From positions 1-64,000 of IMG/VR virus record IMGVR_UViG_3300025401_000022: DNA of 64,000 nucleotides; one strand, written 5' to 3'. Of the stretch, positions 36,532 to 46,854 are shown in pieces. The stretch's first letter is position 1. Each line of letters opens with the position of its first letter. The stretch is from a virus. The notes beneath the pieces were generated by a model. It searched no databases. It was not told the DNA's origin and saw only the letters and a list, made by a program, of their open reading frames with translations. A program made the position numbers and the translations under genes.

Positions 36532-37101
36532 ATGTCAAGTACATTTACTGGCCCAATTCGCATTTTTAAGCGTAACAACCCAACTAACAACGGCGTAATC
36601 GCTCCAGACAACACTGGCGCAGCTCGCTGCTCACAACAGAGCTTTATTGCTCCAATTACAGCTACCACTTCTGGTGCTGTAGTTCTACCAACTTTCGATA
36701 TTGGCCAAACAACTGCAACTCCATTCGTGTTGCCAGCTGGTGCTATTATTGAGAACATCAAGTTCTACGAAACAACTATCCCTTCAGCTTTGACTGGCGG
36801 CGTTATCACTGTTAACTTGCTCACTACAAGCCCAACAACTGGCAACGTAACAACTACAGCTATTGGTACAATCACCCCAACAGCAACTAACGGCGGTGTT
36901 ATTTCTATCGCTTTTGCTACAACAGCAGCTGCTACAGCTTTGTTGGCAAACATCGGTACTTTGGATGCAACATTGCAATTTAGCCAAGCTACTATCAGTG
37001 CTTTGACTGGTACTTTGGCTGGCACATTTACTGCTGAATACACAGCTCGCAACGTTGATGGTTCTACAACTGCTTACGGTTCTGGCTACACCAATAATTA
37101 A
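36532..37101 (+). CDS. Virion structural protein
   Basis: MSSTFTGPIR, LPAGA.I motif; Thr/Ala-rich. Confidence 0.6.
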   Translation: MSSTFTGPIRIFKRNNPTNNGVIAPDNTGAARCSQQSFIAPITATTSGAVVLPTFDIGQTTATPFVLPAGAIIENIKFYETTIPSALTGGVITVNLLTTSPTTGNVTTTAIGTITPTATNGGVISIAFATTAAATALLANIGTLDATLQFSQATISALTGTLAGTFTAEYTARNVDGSTTAYGSGYTNN

Positions 37102-37149
37102 TTGCCTAGGGGGCTAGTCCCCCTACTTTAACATTTAAGGAAATTAATT

Positions 37150-37950
37150 ATGTCAAATTTAGTAACAAACTTACAAAATATTCCAGCGGCAGTTGAATCT
37201 GTTACCAAAGTTGGTCGTACAGAACCATTTGATTTACAAGTTTCTCGCGGTCAAATCATGGGTCACTCCTTGGTCAACATTAATGGCTACAATGCAGCAG
37301 TGGCAGGCACATCAATTCCATTATGGGAAAATGCAACAGCATATACTTTCCCTAGTACTGCTTTAACTATGACTGTTGCAAGCTCATCTACAAGTGATGT
37401 AAGTCCCGCAAAAGTAACTATTAACGGTCTTGATGCCAACTACAACCAATTAACTGAAGTAGTATCTCTAAACGGCACAACCGGCGTAACCACAGTTAAC
37501 CAATTTTTACGAATTAACAGCATTGTTATGACTGCAGTAGCTTCTGGTCAAACTAGCAATGCAGGCACAATTACCGTAAAAAATGGAAGCACAACTTATG
37601 CGCAGATTAATCCTGGTTTAGGTCGTAGCCAAATGACAGTGTACACTGTCCCGAATGGATACACATTTTACCTTAACCGTATTAATGCTTGGTCTGGTAG
37701 TAGCTTGTCTAGCAACGTATACATTTTTTACAATCTGACTAATACCACAAACGGCATCAATATTTCTACCGCACAAATTAGTTTCACATTGTTTATGGAT
37801 GTACACCGTTATGCGCCAAATGTGTTTCAACAAAAAGCCGATTTGACTTTTGCTTTTTCAACAAGCGATAGTTCTTCTCAGCACGTTGCAGCATATATTG
37901 AAGGATTTTTGGTTCAAAACGACGGTCAAGCGTTAGCATCAGCAATCTAA
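37150..37950 (+). CDS. Virion structural protein
   Basis: Beta-rich; GLDANY...E...LNG motif; synteny. Confidence 0.55.
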   Translation: MSNLVTNLQNIPAAVESVTKVGRTEPFDLQVSRGQIMGHSLVNINGYNAAVAGTSIPLWENATAYTFPSTALTMTVASSSTSDVSPAKVTINGLDANYNQLTEVVSLNGTTGVTTVNQFLRINSIVMTAVASGQTSNAGTITVKNGSTTYAQINPGLGRSQMTVYTVPNGYTFYLNRINAWSGSSLSSNVYIFYNLTNTTNGINISTAQISFTLFMDVHRYAPNVFQQKADLTFAFSTSDSSSQHVAAYIEGFLVQNDGQALASAI

Positions 37951-37959
37951 GGCGTTTAA

Positions 37960-38586
37960 ATGCCTGTCTACCTTGACACCCGTGGTAACTCTGTCCTATC
38001 TGTAGCGGTCTGTGACCGCTGCAATAGGAAGTTTGCCTATACAGAGCTTATGCCCGACCCCAACTTTCCGGGGATGCGGGTGTGTAAGGACGACCTAGAT
38101 AACTTTGACCCATGGCGATTACCAGCACTTCAGACCGAAAACATTGCATTACGTTTTCCGCGCCCAGACGTGGATATTGCTACAGGTCCAATTGGTGGCA
38201 ATCAAATTATGACCGAAAATGGTTTCCAAAATGATAACTCTATTTTCATTGAGGGAACTAACGGCACATACGCAAATGGTACTGGCGATTTAAACAAGAA
38301 CAGCAACGTTGTTCCTTCGCCTTCAGTACTCAATCCCTATGTCTACACAGTGTCACCAAATACAGGTTCCCGTACAGGCGGAACTTTTGTGGTCATCACT
38401 GGAGCTAATTTTACAGATGTTAACACCGTACGTTTTGGCGGTGTGGTGGCATCATTCGAGTTAATCAACTCCACACAAATCAATGCGTTTACGCCAGCTT
38501 ACCCAGTAACCGGTTTGGTAGACGTTTCAGTAATATCCCCTTTTGGCACAGGCACCTCGCATGGTGCGTTTACCTATACTACATAA
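37960..38586 (+). CDS. CxxC-domain plus IPT/TIG (Ig-like) domain protein
   Basis: CDRC...VC N-terminus; VSPNTG...GGT.V.ITG.NF....V.FG IPT signature. Confidence 0.65.
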   Translation: MPVYLDTRGNSVLSVAVCDRCNRKFAYTELMPDPNFPGMRVCKDDLDNFDPWRLPALQTENIALRFPRPDVDIATGPIGGNQIMTENGFQNDNSIFIEGTNGTYANGTGDLNKNSNVVPSPSVLNPYVYTVSPNTGSRTGGTFVVITGANFTDVNTVRFGGVVASFELINSTQINAFTPAYPVTGLVDVSVISPFGTGTSHGAFTYTT

Positions 38587-38589
38587 TAC

Positions 38590-41500
38590 ATGGCCGATCA
38601 GTCGATAACCCAGCTACCCATCGCCACCGCGCTAACCGGTGATGAGCAGGTACCTGTCGTACAACGTGGTGTAACAAAACAGGCGTCTGTTTCACAGATC
38701 GCCAACGCTGCCTCGCCCGGCAAATTAATTACTAATATTATTTACAACCCAACAAACGGTGACCTCGTTATTTATTACAGCGATGGTTCAACTGAGGTTG
38801 TTGGTCCGGTCTCTGGCTCATCTGGTTATAGTGGTTTGTCAGGATACAGTGGTATTTCTGGCTATAGTGGTATTTCTGGCTATAGTGGCATTTCTGGCTA
38901 TAGCGGTAAATCTGGCTTTAGTGGTATTTCAGGTTTTAGTGGCTACTCTGGCAGCGGAGTGTCAGGCTATAGCGGAAGCGGTATATCTGGATATAGTGGC
39001 TATTCTGGTATATCTGGATATAGCGGTATCAGCGGATATAGTAGTTTTTCTGGATATAGCGGTGTCAGCGGATATAGTGGGTATTCTGGTATATCTGGTT
39101 TGTCCGGAATAAGTGGATACAGTGGCACATCTGGTTGGTCCGGAATAAGTGGCTACAGTGGTACATCTGGTTGGTCTGGTACTTCTGGTTATAGCGGGTA
39201 TAGTGGATATAGCGGCATATCTGGCTGGTCAGGAATTTCTGGTTATAGCGGCTATAGCGGCACATCTGGTTGGTCTGGTTTTAGCGGTTTTAGCGGCTAT
39301 AGTGGCATATCTGGACAGCAGGGTACCTCAATTAATATTAAAGGTACTGTTGCCACACCAGCAGATTTACCCCCTACAGGTAACCAAGTAAATGACGCAT
39401 ATATTGTTAGCTCTAATGGTGACTTATATGTTTGGTCTGGAACCTCTTGGAACAACGTAGGAGAGATTGTAGGACCACCAGGAACCTCGGGGTACTCCGG
39501 GTATTCTGGTATTGGAACGTCTGGTTATAGTGGCTATTCTGGCTATTCTGGCGTATCTGGCTGGTCTGGTATTTCAGGCTGGTCTGGATATAGTGGTTAT
39601 AGTGGTGCGTCAGGTATATCTGGGTACAGTGGTACATCTGGCTATTCTGGTACCTCTGGCTACTCTGGTACATCTGGTTACTCTGGCTATTCTGGTACGT
39701 CTGGATATAGCGGTACATCTGGCTATTCTGGCTATTCTGGCGTATCTGGCTGGTCTGGTATTTCAGGCTGGTCTGGATATAGTGGTTATAGTGGTGCGTC
39801 AGGTATATCTGGGTATAGTAGTTTTTCTGGCTATAGCGGCATATCTGGCTATAGTGGGGCAATTGGCCCTAGTGGTTATTCTGGTGTATCTGGCTACTCT
39901 GGTATCTCCGGTTATTCTGGTGTCTCCGGTTACTCAGGCTACTCTGGTTATTCTGGCATCCAAGCACCTATTGGTGGCACTAACACACAGATTCAGTACA
40001 ACAATGCTGGTGTATTAGGCGGTGTTCCATTGCTAACCTACAACGGCACAACACTAGCCATGACTGGCTCAACAATCGACAGCGCCACCATTGGTGGAAC
40101 TACCCCAGCCGCTGGTACATTTACTACTTTAGGCTCAACTAGTACAGCTTCATTAGGCACAGCTTCAACTACTTATGTTCAAGTTATTGGTGATGCTTCT
40201 TATCCCGGCATTTACGCTACTGGCGGTACAAATACTCCATTAGTTTTACAACCTTTAGGAACAGGCGCATTACAAGCACAAAAGACTACTTCATCAGCAA
40301 CAGGCGGTAACGCTAGGGGTGCTAATGCGGTTGATTGGCAGACTTTAAGAAATATAGCGGCACAAGTAGCAGCACAAACTTCATCTGTAATTGCTGGAGG
40401 CCAAAATAATGGTGTGAATGGCTCATCGGGAACTGTTTCTGGCGGCTCTGGTAATCAAGTTAGCGGAGCATTTTCAACCATCGCTGGCGGATATTCAAAT
40501 TCACTATATGGACAAACTTCTGTTATTGTTGGTGGACATTTAAATGGCACAACTACTCAAACTGGTTTTTTAAACTTTATTGGTGGTGGTGAATTAAATA
40601 CAGGTACATTGATTGCCGCAGTAACCACTCAAGCTACTTCTACAATTACAAGTGGCTCTACAGCAGTAACATTAAGCGCAACAAATGCCGCAATTAAAGT
40701 AGGTCAATTAGTAACTGGTACACCAATTCAATCTGGTACTGGTTCTTTACCTTATACTTATGTTGCAGCTATTTCAGGCACATCATTAACATTAAGCCAA
40801 AATGCTACATCTTCAACCAACGCTACTTTGTCTTTTTACACTCCTCATGGTGTAGTAGTCGGTGGTGGTAATAACCAAGCAACAGGAGCATATAGCTTTA
40901 TCGGTGGCGGTGGTGATGCTGGTACAGCGGCTAATCGAAATGTGGCAAGTGGTGATTATGCTACTGTAGTTGGTGGTAAAGCAAACCAAGCAACAGGTGA
41001 GTCAGCGTTTGTTGGTGGCGGTGGAAGCATTTCTGGAACAGTTTATATTAATACAGCGAGTGGTGCGGCTTCTTCTATTGTTGGAGGATTACAAAATACC
41101 GCAAATCAAATTGGTGCTTTTGTTGGTGGTGGATTTAATAATCTAGCAAATGGCGTATACTCATCCATAATGGGTGGTACTTATGGTTCTGCTAGAAGTA
41201 TTGTAGGAAATATGGTTTTCCCAGCTACTCGACAACCTTTCGGAGCTGGCGCATCAGCAGTTGCACAATCTGCTTTACTAGTTCTTGGTCGTCAAACCAC
41301 AGATGCAACAGCCACAGTTCTTTGTTCAGACTCTAATGCCGCATCAGGAACAAACCAAGTAATCCTACCCAACAACTCTGCTTATTACTTTAAAGTCAGA
41401 GTTATTGCTGGTGTAACTGGCGCAGGAAACACAAAGGCTTGGACACTAGAAGGTGCTATTAAGCGTGGTGCTGGTGTAGGTACAACTGCTATAGTCGGTA

Positions 41501-41664
41501 CAGTAACAACGACTGTAGTAGCGGCAGATGTAGGCGCAGCAACTTGGACAGTAACCGCCACAGCAGATACAACTAATGGTGGATTAGCAATAACAGTAAC
41601 AGGACAGGCTTCTACAACAATTCGTTGGGTTGCCAAAGCCGAAACCGCAGAGATGACATTCTAA
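38590..41664 (+). CDS. Long fibre with Gly-X-Ser collagen-like repeats and beta-solenoid C-terminus
   Basis: Two long (SGY/SGI/SGF/SGW/SGT)n tracts interrupted by a GTV.T...LP..G....DAY.V...G.LYVW.G..W domain; GGG.N repeats. Confidence 0.8.
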   Translation: MADQSITQLPIATALTGDEQVPVVQRGVTKQASVSQIANAASPGKLITNIIYNPTNGDLVIYYSDGSTEVVGPVSGSSGYSGLSGYSGISGYSGISGYSGISGYSGKSGFSGISGFSGYSGSGVSGYSGSGISGYSGYSGISGYSGISGYSSFSGYSGVSGYSGYSGISGLSGISGYSGTSGWSGISGYSGTSGWSGTSGYSGYSGYSGISGWSGISGYSGYSGTSGWSGFSGFSGYSGISGQQGTSINIKGTVATPADLPPTGNQVNDAYIVSSNGDLYVWSGTSWNNVGEIVGPPGTSGYSGYSGIGTSGYSGYSGYSGVSGWSGISGWSGYSGYSGASGISGYSGTSGYSGTSGYSGTSGYSGYSGTSGYSGTSGYSGYSGVSGWSGISGWSGYSGYSGASGISGYSSFSGYSGISGYSGAIGPSGYSGVSGYSGISGYSGVSGYSGYSGYSGIQAPIGGTNTQIQYNNAGVLGGVPLLTYNGTTLAMTGSTIDSATIGGTTPAAGTFTTLGSTSTASLGTASTTYVQVIGDASYPGIYATGGTNTPLVLQPLGTGALQAQKTTSSATGGNARGANAVDWQTLRNIAAQVAAQTSSVIAGGQNNGVNGSSGTVSGGSGNQVSGAFSTIAGGYSNSLYGQTSVIVGGHLNGTTTQTGFLNFIGGGELNTGTLIAAVTTQATSTITSGSTAVTLSATNAAIKVGQLVTGTPIQSGTGSLPYTYVAAISGTSLTLSQNATSSTNATLSFYTPHGVVVGGGNNQATGAYSFIGGGGDAGTAANRNVASGDYATVVGGKANQATGESAFVGGGGSISGTVYINTASGAASSIVGGLQNTANQIGAFVGGGFNNLANGVYSSIMGGTYGSARSIVGNMVFPATRQPFGAGASAVAQSALLVLGRQTTDATATVLCSDSNAASGTNQVILPNNSAYYFKVRVIAGVTGAGNTKAWTLEGAIKRGAGVGTTAIVGTVTTTVVAADVGAATWTVTATADTTNGGLAITVTGQASTTIRWVAKAETAEMTF

Positions 41665-41676
41665 AAAGGAAAAATC

Positions 41677-41943
41677 ATGGCATTACGTTTATCCGTTTCA
41701 ACACAATTTGGCGTACCAGCACCAGAAGCCTACGCCCGCATCACTAACTTCTACGGCACTAAAGACCAATTACAAGTCCAAGTAGCTATTTACTACAACG
41801 AAGATGCAAGACATCAAAATATGAGTACAGTTAAAGAAAATGCTCACTACATTGCTATGGAAGATTTAAAGGGCGATTTAATTCCAGCAATTTATGAAGT
41901 ATTAAAGAGTTTTGCTGATTATCAAGGCGCAGTAGACGCTTAA
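41677..41943 (+). CDS. Tail-associated protein (homologue of 134..400)
   Basis: Direct alignment with 134..400. Confidence 0.75.
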   Translation: MALRLSVSTQFGVPAPEAYARITNFYGTKDQLQVQVAIYYNEDARHQNMSTVKENAHYIAMEDLKGDLIPAIYEVLKSFADYQGAVDA

Positions 41944-41947
41944 TTTA

Positions 41948-41977
41948 GGACAGTTTTTAACTTTTTTGCGTATTAGT
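41948..41977 (+). promoter_or_regulatory. GGACA-N15-GCGTATTAGT variant element
   Basis: Upstream of the glycosyltransferase cluster; TATAAT also present near 42015. Confidence 0.65.
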
Positions 41978-42050
41978 GGTAGTAGATTAAGGTTTTTTTT
42001 TTGCATAAGTAGTATTATAATAGAGGTTCGTATGAACCTAATAGGAAACC

Positions 42051-43268
42051 ATGAAATACAGCATAGTAATACCCACATATAACAACTGTGAGAAGTACCT
42101 AAAGCCGTGCATTGACTCAATTATTAAGCACACCGACATGGCCCAAGTAGAGCTGATTATCAGCGCCAACGGGTGTACAGACAACACCAGAGCCTATTTA
42201 GACTACTTAGAGACCGCAGTACCGAACCTGTACGTGGTGTGGAACCAAGAGCCACTGGGGTTTGCCAAGGCTACAAACAAGGGCATCCGTGTGGCTAGGG
42301 GCGACAAGATTGTCCTGCTAAATAACGACACAGTCGTGCTAGATAGTAGCTGGTTAGAGCGCCTAGATCAGGGCGACATTGGGGCGGTACTGACGCAGCA
42401 CTCAGACATCACCCGCAGCCGTTTTGGCGTGTTCTTCTGCGTGATGATCGACCCGAAGGTGTTTCAGACCATTGGCTTTTTGAACGAAGATTATGCCACT
42501 GGGGGCTGTGAGGACATTGAGTTTTGCCATAAGGCACAGCTGAGTGGCTTTAATGTTGTGGACGTTGGATACAGGGGAGACTTCCCAATCTACCACGCAG
42601 CAGAGGGCACGATGCACGACCCGCAGCTGGTACAGGACTGGGACAACACGTTCCTACTTAACCAGCTCAAGCTGGCAAAGGAGTACAACCTAGACTGGTA
42701 CCGCTGGCGTCTGTCAAACAACTACGAGCGGGCTGTGTTCCTCAAGGACGATCTGGTTTTTCCCCGTGAAAAGCAAAGATACGAATTTGCAGGGAAAAAC
42801 ATACTGCCAGGCTCTGTGCTCGAGATTGGCTGCTCTACTGGATACGGCTACCAGTTTTTAAACACGCAGGCCTATATGGGGCTGGACTACGACCCCATTA
42901 TTGTAAACGTAGCCAAGGAACAAGAGTGGTCTGATAACGCCACGTTTTACCAAGCCGACATCAACGCCTATGATCTTGGTACGTACACCAACATCATTGC
43001 GTTTGAGGTAGTTGAGCACCTTGACAACGGCTTAGAGGTTGTTGAAAAGCTAAAGCAGCACTGCAAGCGCCTACTAATTACGGTGCCACATAACGAGCCA
43101 AAGGGCTTTTGGGGCGAGCACCACAAGTTGCATGGTTTAACAGAAAAAGATTTTCCTGGATTTACGTTTGCGTACATCAGCCACGACGGAACAATTTCGG
43201 ACAGAATGCAGGCAGTAAACGCCGCCAATCCGAGCAACCTGATGATTTGCAGGTGGGACAATGAGTAG
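42051..43268 (+). CDS. GT2 glycosyltransferase fused to class I SAM methyltransferase
   Basis: SIVIPTYN, LLNNDT, EDIEFC; VLEIGCSTGYG, AFEVVEHL. Confidence 0.85.
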   Translation: MKYSIVIPTYNNCEKYLKPCIDSIIKHTDMAQVELIISANGCTDNTRAYLDYLETAVPNLYVVWNQEPLGFAKATNKGIRVARGDKIVLLNNDTVVLDSSWLERLDQGDIGAVLTQHSDITRSRFGVFFCVMIDPKVFQTIGFLNEDYATGGCEDIEFCHKAQLSGFNVVDVGYRGDFPIYHAAEGTMHDPQLVQDWDNTFLLNQLKLAKEYNLDWYRWRLSNNYERAVFLKDDLVFPREKQRYEFAGKNILPGSVLEIGCSTGYGYQFLNTQAYMGLDYDPIIVNVAKEQEWSDNATFYQADINAYDLGTYTNIIAFEVVEHLDNGLEVVEKLKQHCKRLLITVPHNEPKGFWGEHHKLHGLTEKDFPGFTFAYISHDGTISDRMQAVNAANPSNLMICRWDNE

Positions 43269-44229
43269 TATCCTGTGCTCTGTAGCGACCCGTGGCAGGT
43301 ACCACACCACGCTGCCTCTCGTACTAAACGCCATCATCAACCAGACCAGGCTGCCAGATAAGCTAGTCATCTTCGATGATAATGATAAGCCGCAGGACAT
43401 GCGGAAAGAGATGATTTACCAATATTTCTTTGAGATGCTAAAGCACAAAGGTATTGAGTGGGAATGGCGATATGCAACCCGTAGGGGTCAGCATCATATT
43501 CATCAAAGCGCTAACAACGAAGGTTTTGAATGGGTGTGGCGCGTTGATGATGACGCGGTGCCAGAACCTAATGTACTAAAAGAATTGTATAGATTTACTT
43601 CCCCCATTGTTGGAGCAGTTGGCGGTCAAGTGTTAACTCCACCGTATTCGCCAGATACAAATAACATAACTGGCAAAATTGATAACATTGACTCCGAACC
43701 AAATGTGCAATGGGGTAAGTTTAATATAGCAAGAGAAGTTGAACACTTACACTGTACTTTTTTATATCGTGCTGGGGTTGTTGATTATAATCTTGGTCTT
43801 TCACGGGTAGCACATAGGGAAGAAACTTTATTTACCTATGGTCTACATAAAAAAGGCTATATACTTTGGGCAATACCAAACGCAGTAACTTGGCACATGA
43901 AGAATCCTCAAGGTGGGATTCGTAGCGAAACAAAGAAGGAGATGTATGACCATGATGAACAGATTTTTAGAAATATTCTTGGACACCGTGATCGTACCAT
44001 TGTGGTTCTCAATTGTGGTCTCGGTGACCATATTGTATTCAGCCGCATACTTCCTTCAATACCTAACGCTGAAGTTTTTAGCTGTTACCCTGAAGTGGTT
44101 CCCGGGAAGTCAATAGCTCAGGCAATACAGTTATTTGGTGACATTGACCATTGGAACGTCTACAAAAAGATGGATCAGTGGAAATGGAAAGATAGTTTAG
44201 AAGCTGCGTATAGAAAGATGTATTTATGA
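43261..44229 (+). CDS. GT-A (GT2-like) glycosyltransferase with C-terminal GT9-like N-half
   Basis: NQT..PD...IFDD, RVDDD, HREET; C-terminal CGLGDHIV. Confidence 0.7.
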   Translation: MSSILCSVATRGRYHTTLPLVLNAIINQTRLPDKLVIFDDNDKPQDMRKEMIYQYFFEMLKHKGIEWEWRYATRRGQHHIHQSANNEGFEWVWRVDDDAVPEPNVLKELYRFTSPIVGAVGGQVLTPPYSPDTNNITGKIDNIDSEPNVQWGKFNIAREVEHLHCTFLYRAGVVDYNLGLSRVAHREETLFTYGLHKKGYILWAIPNAVTWHMKNPQGGIRSETKKEMYDHDEQIFRNILGHRDRTIVVLNCGLGDHIVFSRILPSIPNAEVFSCYPEVVPGKSIAQAIQLFGDIDHWNVYKKMDQWKWKDSLEAAYRKMYL

Positions 44230-44660
44230 TCATCATATCGCCATACGCACAAAAGCTCAGAACCGGAGCTTTAAACCCAAAAAACTATCCGTATTGGAAA
44301 GAGCTCATTGAGCAAATCAACGAGCCAATAGTTCAGATTGGAGTTGAGGGTGAAGAGCAATTAGTACCAGACTTTAGAAAGAACCTACCAATTGCATCAT
44401 TGCGTGAACTGTTATGGCAGTGCCGCACTTGGATTGGAATTGATAGTTTCTTTCAACATCTTGCATGGGATGAGGGTGTGCCAGGAATAGTGTTATGGGG
44501 TCCGTCTGATCCACTAATATTTGGGCATCCAGAAAACATTAATCTACTAAAAGACCGATCACATTTAGTAGCAAACCAGTTTATATGGTGGGAAGCCACC
44601 GAACATAGTAATGATCGCTTTGTAAAACCACAAGAAATATTAGAGTATCTAAAGGAATAA
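44226..44660 (+). CDS. GT9 (heptosyltransferase-like) C-terminal half
   Basis: KNYPYW, IGIDSFFQHLA....PGIVLWGPS.P..FG. Confidence 0.7.
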   Translation: MIIISPYAQKLRTGALNPKNYPYWKELIEQINEPIVQIGVEGEEQLVPDFRKNLPIASLRELLWQCRTWIGIDSFFQHLAWDEGVPGIVLWGPSDPLIFGHPENINLLKDRSHLVANQFIWWEATEHSNDRFVKPQEILEYLKE

Positions 44661-44663
44661 ACC

Positions 44664-46181
44664 ATGGCCCAATCCGGCTACACACCGATTAGTCTTTACT
44701 ACAGCGCAACGTCTGGCGTAGCGCCGACGTCTGGCAATCTTACCAATGGTGAGTTGGCTATTAACATCACCGACGGTAAGTTATACTTTAAAAATACTAG
44801 CGGCGCTGTAACTTTATTGGCTTCTGCCTCTGGTGCTGCAGCTGCGGGTAACCTATCCGGCGGTACATCAGGCCAGATTCCGTACCAAAGTGCGCCGAAC
44901 ACCACTGTGTTTATGCCTGCACCAGGGACATCCGGTACTTACCTTGGCTACAATGGTAGTGGTTTTTATTGGTCTACAACAACTGGCGCTTCCGGATACA
45001 GTGGCTACAGTGGCTTTTCCGGCACAAACGGCATAAATGGTACTTCTGGATTTAGTGGTATTTCAGGATATTCTGGCTTTAACGGCTCTGGTGTTTCTGG
45101 TTATAGCGGCTCCGGTATTTCAGGTTTTAGTGGATACTCTGGCATATCTGGCTATAGCGGCTATAGCGGCTCAAACGGTTTATCAGGATTTTCTGGCTTT
45201 AGTGGCTACAGCGGTTCCGGTATATCTGGCTACAGTGGTTTTAACGGCGCAACAGGTCCAACAGGCAACTCCGGTTACAGCGGCTACTCTGGCTACAGTG
45301 GCCAAGATGGTATTTCAGGAACAAACGGTCTATCTGGCTACAGTGGTCGTAGTGGTTTTTCTGGCTACAGCGGTTCTGGTATCTCAGGATATAGTGGATA
45401 CAGCGGTTTAGGTTTGTCTGGTTATAGTGGTTACTCTGGAGCTACTGCAGCTTCTGGTTATAGTGGCTACAGTGGCACTAATGGCGCGTCTGGTATTTCT
45501 GGCTATAGTGGCGCTAATGGTGCGTCTGGTATTTCTGGCTATAGTGGCACTAACGGTACTTCTGGTATTTCTGGCTATAGTGGATTTAGCGGATATTCCG
45601 GTTCTACAGCATATACCGCAACCAACTTATCCGGTGGTTATGTGAATGCAACAAGCATTACATATTCCACTACTCTTACTGGTGGTACTGGTATTGTTAA
45701 CTTAGGTTCTGGTCAGTTTTACAAAGATTCTAGCGGCAACGTATCTATTGGTTCTACATCAACACCTGCAACACTATATGTAAAAGGTGGTAATTCAAAC
45801 AACCTATCTATTGACAATGGTGGTCAGCAATATACCACAGTGTCTTTATACAACAACGGCACTGAAAAAGCGCAGATGTATTGGGACCAAACTAATACAC
45901 TATTTGTATTTGGTACTGACGCTGGTGCTCCTGTAGTATTTAAAGCCGCTACCGTTGAACGTATGCGCATTTCTGCAGCTGGTGGTGTATCAATTGGTAC
46001 AGCAACAGATCCGGGCGTTGGTAATTTATTGGTTAACGGCGCATATAAAACAGTTAACTTTTCTATTTTTGAGTCCGGTGGTAAGCTATATTTTGCCTAC
46101 CAAGGAAATAATATAGCTTCATTAGATTCATCAGGTAACTTTACATCATTAGCTTCAGTAATTGGTGGCGGCACACCTTAA
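44664..46181 (+). CDS. Second fibre with Gly-X-Ser collagen-like repeats
   Basis: P....L..GELAIN..DGKLYFK head domain; SGYSG tract ~44990-45600; ERMRI...G.V.IG fibre motif. Confidence 0.8.
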   Translation: MAQSGYTPISLYYSATSGVAPTSGNLTNGELAINITDGKLYFKNTSGAVTLLASASGAAAAGNLSGGTSGQIPYQSAPNTTVFMPAPGTSGTYLGYNGSGFYWSTTTGASGYSGYSGFSGTNGINGTSGFSGISGYSGFNGSGVSGYSGSGISGFSGYSGISGYSGYSGSNGLSGFSGFSGYSGSGISGYSGFNGATGPTGNSGYSGYSGYSGQDGISGTNGLSGYSGRSGFSGYSGSGISGYSGYSGLGLSGYSGYSGATAASGYSGYSGTNGASGISGYSGANGASGISGYSGTNGTSGISGYSGFSGYSGSTAYTATNLSGGYVNATSITYSTTLTGGTGIVNLGSGQFYKDSSGNVSIGSTSTPATLYVKGGNSNNLSIDNGGQQYTTVSLYNNGTEKAQMYWDQTNTLFVFGTDAGAPVVFKAATVERMRISAAGGVSIGTATDPGVGNLLVNGAYKTVNFSIFESGGKLYFAYQGNNIASLDSSGNFTSLASVIGGGTP

Positions 46182-46197
46182 TTTTTAGGAAATATTT

Positions 46198-46842
46198 ATG
46201 GCAAATACAACAATTAACAGTTCTGGAGTAACCTTTCCAGACGGAACAACTCAAAGCACTTCTGGCGCACCTTTTATTAAAGGTCAAGTTTTTACATCCA
46301 ATGGAACATTTACTATTCCTACTGGAGTTACTGCACTTAAAATTACAGTAGTTGGTGGCGGCGGGGGTAGTGGCGGGGGTGCTAGCACTCCAGGAGGAGG
46401 TGGAGGGGGCGGCGGTGCTGCTGTTGCTTATTTAACTGGTTTAACATCAGGTAATACTTTAGCAGTAACTATTGGTGGCGGTGGCTCTGCTGGTGGAAAT
46501 GGTAATAATGGTAGTGGTGGCGGAAGTTCAACTGTTGCTTCAGGAACACAATCTATTACAACATTAACTGGTAGTGGTGGCGGTGGTGGCGGTGGTTCTA
46601 ATTCTATTGGGGTTGGCGGTGGTGGCGGAAGTGGAACTAATGGAACAATAAATGTTGGTGGGGGCGGTGGCAGTTGGAGTGGTGGAAATTCTATATTAGG
46701 TGGTGGTGGTGCATGGGGTGTTAATAATGCAAATGGAAATTCAGGCAAGGCTTATGGCGGTGGCGGTGGTGGTGGTGGTGTTTCTGGATGTGGCAGTAGT
46801 GGTGCGGCTGGTGCTGCTGGTGTTGTAGTGTTTGAATGGTAA
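46198..46842 (+). CDS. Glycine-rich tail/adhesin-like protein
   Basis: FTSNGTFT.P.GV......VGGGGG...G.VV.EW. Confidence 0.7.
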   Translation: MANTTINSSGVTFPDGTTQSTSGAPFIKGQVFTSNGTFTIPTGVTALKITVVGGGGGSGGGASTPGGGGGGGGAAVAYLTGLTSGNTLAVTIGGGGSAGGNGNNGSGGGSSTVASGTQSITTLTGSGGGGGGGSNSIGVGGGGGSGTNGTINVGGGGGSWSGGNSILGGGGAWGVNNANGNSGKAYGGGGGGGGVSGCGSSGAAGAAGVVVFEW

Positions 46843-46854
46843 TAGGAAAATAAA

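Noticed and set aside
37105-37130. Hairpin TAGGGG-GCTAGT-CCCCTA as a terminator
   Set aside because: The U-tract is too short to call confidently.
38810-39960. SGY tracts as ice-nucleation or FUS-like prion domains
   Set aside because: The resemblance is compositional only. Strict Gly periodicity and the inter-collagen domain favour a collagen-like fibre, though this is not formally excluded.
134-41943. Diversity-generating retroelement or terminal repeat explaining duplicated genes
   Set aside because: No reverse transcriptase; the copies are diverged throughout rather than adenine-specific or identical.
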